A DNA stretch of 64,000 nt from Agarilytica sp. (GTDB taxonomy: Bacteria; Pseudomonadota; Gammaproteobacteria; Pseudomonadales; Cellvibrionaceae): NCBI GenBank assembly GCA_045430285.1, contig JAILXV010000001.1, forward strand, positions 236,387 through 300,386. Reading direction: 5' to 3'. The notes beneath the pieces were generated by a model. That model did no database searches, was not told where the DNA came from, and saw only the letters and a list, made by a program, of their open reading frames with translations. Of this stretch, positions 1-9,614 are shown piece after piece. Position 1 is the first letter of the stretch; every line of letters begins with the position of its first letter. The translations under genes were made by a program, and so were the position numbers.

Positions 1-12
1 GAATCTTGCCTT

Positions 13-1881
13 TTAGTCCCGATAGTAGAGCCATATACCTTCAATATATTTCCATGCACCGATACCATGCAAACCTTCTGAGCGAAATCGATAGTATACA
101 ATTCGTATTTTTTCTGGTGGCGTTGGGTTCCCATGTGTATGACGGTAATACGATTTCGAACTGAGTTGGTTGGGTGTTGGAAAAGGACTACCGCCAACCT
201 TAAGTTGAATATGCGATTCGCCGGAATTTGTTGTAGTAAAATGCTGCCACGGTCCGTTTGAATTTACTTTGTATTCGATGCGAGTTTTGGCGCTCTGAGA
301 TATTTCCCAGCTAGCATAAAGGGTGTAAGTATCATCTAAATTATGGGAATACAAAATGTTGTTTGTTTCTGTTTCTATTAGCTCAGGGTAGCCATCATAA
401 TTTTCATTATTATCGATAAATAAATTCGTTATTTCCGTAGAATCCGCTTCCATAAATTCCGCACTTATTTCACGAGACAACCCACTATCCGTCAGAGATA
501 TGTCAATTTCACAAGTATTATTTACGACTCGGTCACATCCCGATACCCATACTCCGTCGGAGTTTAGACCAAATTTATAAATGCCTTCTCTTCGTACGGA
601 AATAGTGCATAAACGATTTCCTTCTGAGTGACAAAATTCTGCGTCGGTTTTGGGGGATATATAGCTAAGAGATACTTCATCGTCAGTGTCTGAGGTGATA
701 CTAAAAGAGATACTGCCTTCTTCAAAAGATGGAATGTTTACGCCGGTTAGGCTATCTAAGGTTTCTGCTATATCAATAATGCCCGCACCACAGGATGCAA
801 TGGTACATGTTGAATTGTTCGGAAAAGACTTTGCACCATTCCATAATGCAGATCTAACACTACCAAAGTTCATGGTTTCCGGTGAGATTTGGTAAAGAAG
901 TGCTGCGGTGCCGGCTACTAACGGGGCCGATAGGCTTGTTCCATCAGAGTAGTTATCATATGAGTCCGTTAAACTTGTCGTTTGGCCAGTATTACTTAAC
1001 GTAATTATATCTTCGCCAGGAGCGCTAATAATAACCTGTGGACCGCTTTGACTGAATGTGGCTAGGTCGCCGGACTGATTAGTGGCAGCAACGGTGATCA
1101 CATTATCACAATTAGCCGGTGGATTAATCGGGTTTCCTGGAGTATTTCCAGCGCTAACAATAATCGTAATGTCCTGTGTGTCGGCGATATTTATTGCTCG
1201 TTGAAGATCGCTGGGACAATTAATGTTTGAGCCATTAAAACTTAAGCTTAAATTTATTATTTCTGCTCGGCGATTTTGAGTGGGGGATGGTTGGCTTAAG
1301 TTGAGGTCAGAAAGAGATACGCCTGATACCCAGTAAATTGCATCTATTAGGTCATTTACTGCAATTTGTCCGTTGCATCGTGTTCCAGATACTCGAACGG
1401 GTAGTATGGTGCTCTCTGGCGCTACTCCAATAATGCCTGTTGAGTTGGAACGTGCTCCGATCAGCCCAGAAACGTTCAGTCCATGCCAAACACTTGGCTG
1501 AAATTGCCCTTGGTCGTCATCACAGTAGTTGCCAGGATCTGTAGCATCTGAATCTCTACCGTTTCCGTCGTTGGCGTTTATGGTGTCGCTAATAAAATCG
1601 TAGCCCCCAATAAAAGCACCATTTAAGTCACTATGTAGTACATAACCACCATCTATTACAGCGACGGTTACGCCTCTGCCCGTAAATTGTTGCCAAACTC
1701 TCTCTGCGTTTGTTCCGCCAATTCCGTCATGTAGATACCACTGGTTTTTGTATTCGCTATCTTCAGGGCACCAGCTAGGCCTAGTGTCAACGTTGTAATC
1801 GGTGCATACGTCCGCTTGTTGGGCTAATGTAAAAGGAGTGAATATTATAGATAACAAAAAAAATTGAATTAAGATTCGCAT
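13..1881 (-). CDS. Secreted S8 (subtilisin-like) serine peptidase with C-terminal InlB-B-repeat-like and Fn3-like domains
   Basis: Triad motifs VAVIDGG, WHGLNVSG and GTSLSAP plus oxyanion SAGN; the GYDFISD..ANDGNGRDSDATDPG loop is typical of AprV2/StmPr-type proteases. Start moved to ATG 1881 (AAGGGA RBS, signal peptide MRILIQFFLLSIIFTPFTLA). Confidence 0.9.
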   Translation of the reverse strand: MRILIQFFLLSIIFTPFTLAQQADVCTDYNVDTRPSWCPEDSEYKNQWYLHDGIGGTNAERVWQQFTGRGVTVAVIDGGYVLHSDLNGAFIGGYDFISDTINANDGNGRDSDATDPGNYCDDDQGQFQPSVWHGLNVSGLIGARSNSTGIIGVAPESTILPVRVSGTRCNGQIAVNDLIDAIYWVSGVSLSDLNLSQPSPTQNRRAEIINLSLSFNGSNINCPSDLQRAINIADTQDITIIVSAGNTPGNPINPPANCDNVITVAATNQSGDLATFSQSGPQVIISAPGEDIITLSNTGQTTSLTDSYDNYSDGTSLSAPLVAGTAALLYQISPETMNFGSVRSALWNGAKSFPNNSTCTIASCGAGIIDIAETLDSLTGVNIPSFEEGSISFSITSDTDDEVSLSYISPKTDAEFCHSEGNRLCTISVRREGIYKFGLNSDGVWVSGCDRVVNNTCEIDISLTDSGLSREISAEFMEADSTEITNLFIDNNENYDGYPELIETETNNILYSHNLDDTYTLYASWEISQSAKTRIEYKVNSNGPWQHFTTTNSGESHIQLKVGGSPFPTPNQLSSKSYYRHTHGNPTPPEKIRIVYYRFRSEGLHGIGAWKYIEGIWLYYRD

Positions 1882-2063
1882 GGCAGTCCCTTGGTAAGGT
1901 TGGTTGTTTACGTTTTCATTTGTATTAGGTTGAAATGACGTGTTGATGGCCAAAAGTAACATAATGTTGTTGCTGATATATTTCATGTTAGTGTGGGGAA
2001 GGAATAGCTAACAAGATGATTTATGTTCGAATAGAAAGGGTTTTCTGAAGTGTGTCGGTGGCA

Positions 2064-2088
2064 TAAAAAAGCCGCGCAGAGCGCGGCT
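2064..2088 (-). terminator. Rho-independent terminator of the TonB receptor operon
   Basis: Minus strand AGCCGCGC-TCT-GCGCGGCT followed by TTTTT(T), 20 nt past the TBDR stop. Confidence 0.85.
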
Positions 2089-2108
2089 GTGATAAAAAGA
2101 GTTGGGAT

Positions 2109-4850
2109 CTAGAAGTCGTATTTAACACTCAAGCTAACAGTTTGTCCGACAGTTTTTTCGAATGTGATGATATCACCTTGTTTAATTTCCACATTTTCGC
2201 CCAGTAGATTTTTCGCTTTGAACTTAAATGTGAAGTTGTCGGTTGGATAATACGAGTAGATCAGATCCAAGGAATTGAAAGGCTGTTCAAACTCATCTGG
2301 TTGCGAAGATATTCCTGCTGCAAATATACGTTCACCAAACACATTATATACAAGTGTGGAGGCGTGCTTCCCTTCGTTGGAGTCGTAACCAAACTGGATG
2401 TTAGCCGCATAGTCCGATGCACCACGCAAAGCGCGTTGACGGTTTGTTGCAGGTGTGAGCAGGTCATCACCGGCTTCAATTTCGGAATCTGCCAAGGTTA
2501 AATTTCCAGAAATATAGAAAGGCTCACCTGCATCGCCAAAGATGCGCTGCATGCTGTTCAACCACTCAAATTCAATACCATGAATAGATCCCGTTTCCGC
2601 GTTTTCGATAGAAGCCGTGCGTCCACCTTCACCGGCAGGTGTCTGGAAGTATTCGATTGGATTTTTAATATCTTTTAAGAAGAGAGACACTGTAAAGCTA
2701 TCGCCATTGGTAAAGAACCATTCACCACGAATGTCGAAGTTGGTTAACTCTGATGGTACAACATCAGGGTTACCATTGACGATAATATCCGTTAAAGGGT
2801 CTTGGTAGCTAGCATCCGCAACTTCCCGAAGGTCTGGCCGCACAACCGTTTCACTAGCGGCGAAACGAAGGTTGAAGTCTTCTGCGCCGAAGTTTTGTGT
2901 CGAATAGGTTAAAGAGATCGCGCCGTAGACGTCATCTTCATAAAAGACAAAATCTGGGTTCTCTGGGTCGATCAATAATGGGCTACCTGTTCGACGGTAT
3001 GGCTGCCAGGGAGCGCTGAACTGCTTGTATTCTTCGTAGCGTGCACCAGCAACAAGTCGCCAGTTATCATTCCATTTGATATCCATTTGTCCATAGTAAG
3101 CATCCGTTGTGTTTGCCGCTAGGTAGCTTCTTGATAGACCGCCTTGATACGTTAGTGTGTAGCCGTTAACAGGGTCTAAAATGTTTGCGTCAGAAAGCGC
3201 TGTCGAAGTGCTAGCCGCGTCAGCGATATTATTAAACGGTGTGCCAATCGAGAGGTCTAGCTGTTCAAAAGTTCTCGTTTTCTGATCATACTTTCCGCCG
3301 CTCAATAGCTCAATTTCAACGTCAGAAATGTTAATAGGTAATGCAAATTCAAAACCGTTACTTTCAACTTGATCTTCTAGCTCAGTATAACGAACATCCA
3401 TCATTTGAAGGCCAGGACGCAAGTTTGAACTGGTGATTACTCCTGAGTCTCGGTTTCGTGTAATGTCGGCTTGGATATTTGTTTCTGAGGGAATATCAGT
3501 GTTTGCCGTTGCATTGGAGTAGAACCAACGAAACTCTAGGTCGTCCAAAAATGTGTCACCTAATCCTAGGGCTTCTTTGGTTTCGTATCCGAGAACATGC
3601 TTTCCGTCTATTTGGTAAACCTCTAACTCTCGTTGTTCAAAACGATAATCGAATTCACGATCACCCAAACCAGAGTCGAACGATTTGTTTCCAGTATAAA
3701 TATTGGTAATCGAAACATCATCGTCTGTATTGCGAATGAAGATATTTTTGGAGGATATTTCATGCTCTTCCCCCCAGCGTAAACCGAAGTTTGCGGCAAA
3801 AGTTAGGTTGGTCGTTTCCGTTGACTTGGTTTGTTCTGACAATTCGTTCGTTGGATCAGTATATTCCCGAACGGTCTTTTCGCTTGTACGGGCTGATTCT
3901 TCGTAGTTTGCACTAAGAAGGTAACCGAATTCGAAGGAGGAACCCAAACCATGAAGGTTTCCTAGAGAAATTGAAAAATCAGTGTCGCTGATGGACTTGC
4001 TTTTAGTGCTGACATCTAAGTCTCGATACACGCCAGTTATGAGGTTGGCGTTGATGGCTTGAGCATCCGCAAGTGAAATATCAGTACCTTGCCGCTCCAG
4101 TGTCGAACGGATCGACGAAGCGGTTAAGCTTGCCTCTGGAGATGTAAGGGTGCTGCTATACGTGCGTAATGCCGTATCAATATCACCGCTAAATGCACGT
4201 GTTCCGTCGTCATCACCATAGTCGTCTCCGCCTTTATAGCTAAGAACATCGTCTGATTCAGAGTTAATCCCGGCTCCGACTTCCAGTGAAAATAGGAATT
4301 CCTCTGGTATGCCTTTCGTGCGGATATTAACGTTGCCACCACCAAAACTAGCGGCCATATTCGCACTATAGCCTTTTTGTACGGCGATAGATTCAACGAT
4401 CGACGTTGGGAATATATCTAGCGGTAAAACGTTTCGGGTTAAATCGGGGGATGGGACAGTCGCGCCGTTAAGTGTCGAGCTGGAATAACGCTCACCTAAA
4501 CCGCGAACGTAAATAAATTGGCCGTCAACTAATGTTACGCCAGGTACTCTTCGCAAAGCGGCCGCGACGGTTGAATCACCCACGCGACTAATTTGTTCCG
4601 CGCCGAGTAAATCAACGACGGTTTCAAACTCCATTCTTTCAAGCACTAAATCTTGCGCGGCACTTTGTAGCCGTCCTAACACCATTACTTCTTCAATGGG
4701 GCTAGAAATTTGGAGCTTTTGCTTTTCTTTTGTTGGTTGATTTGCAGCATCTTCAGTTTGAGCTATAGCTACTGAGCTAATTGCTAAGCTCAAAGCGCTA
4801 AGAGGAAATGCTGCAAGCAATGCTTTCTTTTTGCTTACATAGTTTTTCAT
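2109..4850 (-). CDS. TonB-dependent receptor
   Basis: Signal peptide, TonB box (EEVMVLG), plug motif LRRVPGV..YVRGLGERYS, C-terminal aromatic strand ending VKYDF. Confidence 0.93.
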   Translation of the reverse strand: MKNYVSKKKALLAAFPLSALSLAISSVAIAQTEDAANQPTKEKQKLQISSPIEEVMVLGRLQSAAQDLVLERMEFETVVDLLGAEQISRVGDSTVAAALRRVPGVTLVDGQFIYVRGLGERYSSSTLNGATVPSPDLTRNVLPLDIFPTSIVESIAVQKGYSANMAASFGGGNVNIRTKGIPEEFLFSLEVGAGINSESDDVLSYKGGDDYGDDDGTRAFSGDIDTALRTYSSTLTSPEASLTASSIRSTLERQGTDISLADAQAINANLITGVYRDLDVSTKSKSISDTDFSISLGNLHGLGSSFEFGYLLSANYEESARTSEKTVREYTDPTNELSEQTKSTETTNLTFAANFGLRWGEEHEISSKNIFIRNTDDDVSITNIYTGNKSFDSGLGDREFDYRFEQRELEVYQIDGKHVLGYETKEALGLGDTFLDDLEFRWFYSNATANTDIPSETNIQADITRNRDSGVITSSNLRPGLQMMDVRYTELEDQVESNGFEFALPINISDVEIELLSGGKYDQKTRTFEQLDLSIGTPFNNIADAASTSTALSDANILDPVNGYTLTYQGGLSRSYLAANTTDAYYGQMDIKWNDNWRLVAGARYEEYKQFSAPWQPYRRTGSPLLIDPENPDFVFYEDDVYGAISLTYSTQNFGAEDFNLRFAASETVVRPDLREVADASYQDPLTDIIVNGNPDVVPSELTNFDIRGEWFFTNGDSFTVSLFLKDIKNPIEYFQTPAGEGGRTASIENAETGSIHGIEFEWLNSMQRIFGDAGEPFYISGNLTLADSEIEAGDDLLTPATNRQRALRGASDYAANIQFGYDSNEGKHASTLVYNVFGERIFAAGISSQPDEFEQPFNSLDLIYSYYPTDNFTFKFKAKNLLGENVEIKQGDIITFEKTVGQTVSLSVKYDF

Positions 4851-4899
4851 CTGAACTCACCTATATTAAATTAATTCCTAATGGTTAGCCTGGAACAGA

Positions 4900-4921
4900 A
4901 AGGGCGCCGTAAGGCGCCCTT
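4900..4921 (-). terminator. Intercistronic hairpin (weak terminator or mRNA stabiliser)
   Basis: 9-bp stem AAGGGCGCC/GGCGCCCTT with a 4-nt loop; short, broken U tail on the minus strand. Confidence 0.6.
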
Positions 4922-4953
4922 CAGTTACGGCTCGCAAGGTTGTGTCGTCAGAT

Positions 4954-6741
4954 TTATTCGAACCACAAAGCTTGGCCGCGGTTGCCATCTACAAGGCCGT
5001 AGACCCAGCCAGCAGTCCAGTCTGAAGAAGCTTGAACAGCACCCACTGCCGATACTGATGTGTCATCGAATGAAATCGCAGCACTATTCACTACCATTTC
5101 AGCGAGGGGTACTGAGTAGTAACCGTTAAGAATGTTAAGTGAAGATGATCCGTCTGGGGTTTCTGAGCCATCGGCTGCTGCTTGGTATACCACGTTGTCT
5201 TGTGCTTCAAGAAAAGCTTGGCCAGAAATTGCGCCGTGAGTGGTACCTGCTACAAGTGTAATGTCGGCATCACGTGCTTTGTTTGAAGATATAATATTAC
5301 AGGCGAAGATAGTTGTATTGATGTTGATAAACCCGTTACCCGCATTTTCACGATCTTCAGTATCTTCTAATTGGAAACAGTAGTTCTGGAAAGAACGATC
5401 AATTGGATTTCCGTCTCCATCAACAGTTGCTAGAGCGTCGCCGTTAGCGTCTACAGTTGCATCAGCATAAGCTGTTGTAACGATAGAACGGTTCAACGTG
5501 AGCATGTGACCTTCTTCAACGTTGATACCAGCGCCTGGGTCACCGTTACCAGCAACACCAGGTGCTTTAGCACTCGTGATGCAAGTAAGGTTGTTAATGG
5601 TCGCTTGCGTAACATAGTCGTTAGCGATGTTGGCTGCTTTGTTTGAGCCGTCAGAACCATCTGACTCAACACAGTGAGCGCCAGTGCGAGTTGCGCCAGC
5701 AGGAAGACCGCCGCCTTGAATGACGAGCGCGTTAGTGATTGTGCCGTAGTAACCTTGGTCAAGGTCAATTGAGTCGTCTTGCACGTACATAGCAACGTAG
5801 TTGGTTACGTCTGCACCACCACCGAAGAATTCAATGCCGTCATCTTTGTTGCTATAAACTTCGATGTTGTTAAGCTCTGTGCCAGTACCTACTGCACCAA
5901 AAGTAATTCCGTTCAATTCGTTGTCAGTTGCAACTTCGAAACCCGCGTGTTTAACAACTACGTAGCTCAATTCACCAGAGTCATCATTAGGAACTGTTCC
6001 ACCATAGTTAAGTTCTTTACCGCCTTCTAAACCTTCAAGTTCCCCCGAACATGATTGTCCAGCTTGAAGCGTAAGAGGGGAGTCGTCTGCGAAATCCCAG
6101 CCTGGTTCATAGTTACACAAGTTTAGAAAGCCAAAACCAGCGATGGCTAGGCCGCCCCAGGTTTGGACTGCTTCTGGCGAAGTAATGTCGCCACGAATAT
6201 CCGCTTCAGAAGTGAAGGTGATCGGAGCGTCTGCACGACCACGCGCAACAAGACGTGAACCGCGGGTGATTGCAATTGCGCTGTCTGGATCAGAAAGGGC
6301 AACGGTGGCACCAGCACGAACAGTTAACGTTGCGCCGTCGCCGCCTTCAAAAATGCCGGCCGCATTTGCGTCGGCTTCTGTTTCGTAGTTTTGACCTACG
6401 TAAACAGAACCCGTAAAGATGTGGGCGCCGTCGCCGATGTCGGTAAGTGTAACGTCTGAAAGAAGAGGTTTATCAAAGTTTACGAATTGAGTGTCGTATA
6501 CGCAGTTGTCGCCTTCCTTCTGTCCTGTTTGCACTTCATCATTTGCATCTGTGTACGAAGCACATTCGAAATCTGAAGAGCCCGTATCGCCAGTAATAAC
6601 TGTAGCGCCATCGCCCACAGAGTTATCTACCGTGCTTGTTGTAGAAGATTGATTTTGCGCATCAATATTAATGTCGCCACCACCACATGCCACTAGAGCA
6701 GTAGTAAGAGCAGTTAAGCTTACAAGTGTGTTAATTTTCAT
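4954..6741 (-). CDS. Secreted beta-helix-like lipoprotein, phosphate-starvation (ElpS-like) family
   Basis: AGGAG RBS before ATG 6741; lipobox LVA-C; motifs PITFTS, WGGL, DSGELSYVVVKHAGF, ELNGITFGAVG, DDGIEFFGG, DDSIDLDQGY. Confidence 0.75.
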   Translation of the reverse strand: MKINTLVSLTALTTALVACGGGDINIDAQNQSSTTSTVDNSVGDGATVITGDTGSSDFECASYTDANDEVQTGQKEGDNCVYDTQFVNFDKPLLSDVTLTDIGDGAHIFTGSVYVGQNYETEADANAAGIFEGGDGATLTVRAGATVALSDPDSAIAITRGSRLVARGRADAPITFTSEADIRGDITSPEAVQTWGGLAIAGFGFLNLCNYEPGWDFADDSPLTLQAGQSCSGELEGLEGGKELNYGGTVPNDDSGELSYVVVKHAGFEVATDNELNGITFGAVGTGTELNNIEVYSNKDDGIEFFGGGADVTNYVAMYVQDDSIDLDQGYYGTITNALVIQGGGLPAGATRTGAHCVESDGSDGSNKAANIANDYVTQATINNLTCITSAKAPGVAGNGDPGAGINVEEGHMLTLNRSIVTTAYADATVDANGDALATVDGDGNPIDRSFQNYCFQLEDTEDRENAGNGFININTTIFACNIISSNKARDADITLVAGTTHGAISGQAFLEAQDNVVYQAAADGSETPDGSSSLNILNGYYSVPLAEMVVNSAAISFDDTSVSAVGAVQASSDWTAGWVYGLVDGNRGQALWFE

Positions 6742-6925
6742 GAGAAAAGACTCTCCTAAATGGTATTTCAAAAGTTTTTAAAATCTGGGATGGTCATTTC
6801 ATTGATGACCATCGGGTATGAAGCAGCGCGTTATATTTTCGAAGAGGCAACGATCATGACGTCCTTATCGATAGCGTTTGTTTGGCGCGATATGCTTTAT
6901 GTGCGGCATAGTGTCGGCGAGTTTT

Positions 6926-6965
6926 GTGACGTTAAAACGACAAAAATATGAAGGTTCTATTACAG
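6926..6965 (-). promoter_or_regulatory. Pho box (PhoB site), four direct repeats at 11-bp period
   Basis: Minus strand CTGTAAT-AGAA-CCTTCAT-ATTT-TTGTCGT-TTTA-ACGTCAC, compared with the consensus CTGTCAT-(A/T)4. Confidence 0.75.
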
Positions 6966-7166
6966 CCTTATGGCGCGCAAAATAAAGCCTTTAATGGTCG
7001 CGTTGTTAGCGTAAGCTTTCACTGACTAAACAGATTTCTAAAATTTTGGAGGCAAGAGGAGAGGAATGTTGTGGCGCGGGGCATCTGTAGGCTAGCTGTA
7101 TGTTTAAGCTAACGGTGGAAATATCTCGGTATTTTTTGGGGAGGGGAGGTGGTTTTGGCGGCGGTG

Positions 7167-7736
7167 TTAGCACTGCCAAAACTGAATGCGGCTCTCTATT
7201 TCCGGACGCACGCGTTCATTTGGTTTGCAATGGGTTGAGCCAATGTAAATAAAGCCCGCAATTTTTTCTGGTTCAGAAACTTCTAATGAAGCAAGCACGT
7301 TATTGTCATACGCATACCATTCCGTTAGCCACTGAGCTGCGAAACCAAGGCTCTTGGCCGCATGAAGTATATTTTGGCAAACGGCACCCGCGCATAACCT
7401 TTGTTCCCATTCGGGGACTTTATGTTCTTGCGGTGAACTGATAACGGCGATCACTATTGGGGCTCGGGTAAAGCGTGCTTTCTCAAACGCGAGGAGTTTA
7501 TCGCTCGCGTCAGGGTTGGCTTTCGCGAAAGCTTCGGCGAGCACTTCACCAAAATCTTGCCGAGCGTTATCTTCAAACACAATAAACCGCCATGGGCCTA
7601 TTTTTCCGTGATCGGGTACACGATGACCGGCAGCTAGAATGCTGCGTAATTCATCAGAAGACGGGCCTGGGGCACACATGTCTTTTGCGACGGTTGAACG
7701 GCGAGAGAGAAGGGCGTTTAGTGTATCGTTGCTCAT
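7167..7736 (-). CDS. Nitroreductase, YdjA family
   Basis: LLSRRS, RVPDHGKIGPWRF, GFAAQWLTEWYAYD, IAGFIYIG motifs. Confidence 0.9.
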   Translation of the reverse strand: MSNDTLNALLSRRSTVAKDMCAPGPSSDELRSILAAGHRVPDHGKIGPWRFIVFEDNARQDFGEVLAEAFAKANPDASDKLLAFEKARFTRAPIVIAVISSPQEHKVPEWEQRLCAGAVCQNILHAAKSLGFAAQWLTEWYAYDNNVLASLEVSEPEKIAGFIYIGSTHCKPNERVRPEIESRIQFWQC

Positions 7737-7805
7737 GTACAGCACTACATTTGATTGAGAGTAGGTCGCAATAGTGGCCTAGCTGCACGTGAAAGTAAAC
7801 GTGCG

Positions 7806-7819
7806 TATAATGCCCGCCC
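7806..7819 (+). promoter_or_regulatory. Candidate gltX sigma70 -10 box with GC-rich discriminator
   Basis: TATAAT at 7806-7811 followed by GCCCGCCC; weak -35 (CTGCAC) 17 nt upstream. Confidence 0.55.
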
Positions 7820-7847
7820 TTTAGTCCCTTCCCAAAGAGGTTTGTTC

Positions 7848-9353
7848 ATGACGGTGAAGACCCGCATCGCACCATCGCCCACAGGCGACCCCCATGTTGG
7901 TACCGCTTATATAGCGTTGTTTAACCTGTGTTTTGCCAAACAACACGGTGGCAAGTTTGTGCTTCGTATTGAAGACACAGACCAATCACGCTCCACAGAT
8001 GATTCTGAACAAGCGATACTCGATTCGTTGAGATGGTTAGGGTTGGAATGGGATGAAGGACCTGATGTCGGTGGCGATAATGGCCCTTACCGTCAGAGTG
8101 AACGTAAAGACATCTATATCAAGTATGTGGATCAGCTCCTAGAGGCGGGGCATGCGTTCAAGTGTTATCGCACAACAGACGAGTTAAATGCCTTACGCGC
8201 CGAGCGTAAAGAAGCGGGAATTCATACCGCATTAAAACCGAGCGATCTGTATCTCCCTGAAGATGTTGTTGCAGAGCGTGCATCAGCAGGTGCCCCTTAC
8301 GTTGTCCGCATGAACGTACCCACCGACGGCATATGCGAAGTGCAGGACCTTTTGCGTGGCACCATCGAATGTGATTGGGCCCAGGTGGACGCTCAGATTT
8401 TGATGAAATCGGACGGAATGCCGACCTACCACCTCGCGAACGTAGTGGACGATCACCTTATGGAGATCACACACGTTATTCGTGGTGAGGAGTGGATTAA
8501 CTCCGCGCCTAAGCACATCCTTCTATATCAATATTTCGGTTGGGATCTCCCCATATTTTGCCATTTACCTTTGTTACGAAACCCCGACAAAACGAAACTC
8601 AGTAAACGTAAAAATCCCACAAGCATTCTTTACTATAAAGAAATGGGCTACATGCCAGAAGCCTTAACGAACTACTTAGGTCGTATGGGATGGTCTATGC
8701 CGGATGAGCGTGAGAAGTTCTCGCTACAAGACATGTTAGATAACTTTGATATCAAGCGTGTATCTCTGGGCGGTCCCATCTTCGACGTGGAAAAACTGAA
8801 CTGGTTGAACGGTTTGTGGATCCGTGAAAATTTGGATGCTGAATCCCTCGTGGAGCGCCTAAAAGTGTGGGCCCTGGATAACGACAAACTCACCAAAGTT
8901 CTACCGCTTGTTCAACCAAGAATGAGTACCTTTTCTGATTTTATTCCAGCCATAGCGTTTTTACTCTCTGGTAAATTGAAGCTAACGGAAGCTGATTTCG
9001 CGGCAAATAAGCTCGATGTTGAAACACAGAAAAAAGCCCTTCAATTTGCGCTTTGGGAGCTTGAAAAAACGACGCAATGGCAACGCGACAGCCTATTTGA
9101 AGCGATCAAAACTTTAGCGGGCAACATGTCTATTAAATTGGGTGATTTTAATGCGCCCCTGTTTGTGGCGGTTGTTGGTACCCCCGACTCCTTCTCGGTG
9201 ATGGATGCGATGGAAATCCTCGGTTCAGACATGACCCGAGCTCGTTTACGCGACGCGATCGAAGTGTTGGGTGGGGCAGGTAAAAAAGTGCTTAAGCGCT
9301 ATGAAAAGGAATACGCGCAGTTAGGCAAAGCCCCAGAACCAGCCGGTAGTTGA
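7848..9353 (+). CDS. gltX: Glutamate--tRNA ligase
   Basis: [13 protein letters not shown] (HIGH-like) and KLSKR (KMSKS-like) motifs; ATG 7848 after AGAGG. Confidence 0.97.
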   Translation: MTVKTRIAPSPTGDPHVGTAYIALFNLCFAKQHGGKFVLRIEDTDQSRSTDDSEQAILDSLRWLGLEWDEGPDVGGDNGPYRQSERKDIYIKYVDQLLEAGHAFKCYRTTDELNALRAERKEAGIHTALKPSDLYLPEDVVAERASAGAPYVVRMNVPTDGICEVQDLLRGTIECDWAQVDAQILMKSDGMPTYHLANVVDDHLMEITHVIRGEEWINSAPKHILLYQYFGWDLPIFCHLPLLRNPDKTKLSKRKNPTSILYYKEMGYMPEALTNYLGRMGWSMPDEREKFSLQDMLDNFDIKRVSLGGPIFDVEKLNWLNGLWIRENLDAESLVERLKVWALDNDKLTKVLPLVQPRMSTFSDFIPAIAFLLSGKLKLTEADFAANKLDVETQKKALQFALWELEKTTQWQRDSLFEAIKTLAGNMSIKLGDFNAPLFVAVVGTPDSFSVMDAMEILGSDMTRARLRDAIEVLGGAGKKVLKRYEKEYAQLGKAPEPAGS

Positions 9354-9386
9354 CACTCCAGGGAGGCTTGTTACAATGCGCCTCCC
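9350..9386 (+). promoter_or_regulatory. tRNA sigma70 promoter
   Basis: TTGACA (9350-9355, overlapping the gltX stop), 16-nt spacer, TG-n-TACAAT (9369-9377), GC-rich discriminator. Confidence 0.85.
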
Positions 9387-9395
9387 TCGGAATTT

Positions 9396-9471
9396 GGGGC
9401 CTTAGCTCAGCTGGGAGAGCGCAACACTGGCAGTGTTGAGGTCAGCGGTTCGATCCCGCTAGGCTCCACCA
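9396..9471 (+). tRNA. tRNA-Ala(GGC)
   Basis: 76-nt cloverleaf, G3:U70 acceptor pair, anticodon arm CAACA-CT-GGC-AG-TGTTG, GTTCGA T-loop, encoded CCA. Confidence 0.98.
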
Positions 9472-9479
9472 AATAGAAG

Positions 9480-9508
9480 ACCCTCGCTCGGAAGAGCGGG
9501 GGTTTTTT
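9480..9508 (+). terminator. Rho-independent terminator after the tRNA
   Basis: ACCCTCGCTC-GGAA-GAGCGGGGGT followed by a T run. Confidence 0.85.
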
Positions 9509-9614
9509 ATATGGAAAAGTATGCAGTAGCATCATCATTGGCAACGACTTAACGATCGATCCATAATTTACGATCATTCGCGTTGTCTTATTACACATCG
9601 AGCAGGATATAAAC

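Noticed and set aside
4954-6741. Ser/Thr protein kinase label that I recall being attached to this lipoprotein family
   Set aside because: No kinase motifs (GxGxxG, HRD, DFG) are present, and it has a lipobox.
7755-7847. N-terminal extensions given by the ORF track for gltX (likewise hpf, NIF3-like, queD-like, S8)
   Set aside because: Downstream ATGs have good RBSs and match family N-termini; the extensions run through promoter DNA.
9396-9471. tRNA-Ala as the attachment site of a genomic island
   Set aside because: Accessory genes follow it, but I saw no integrase and no repeat of the tRNA 3' end in the window.
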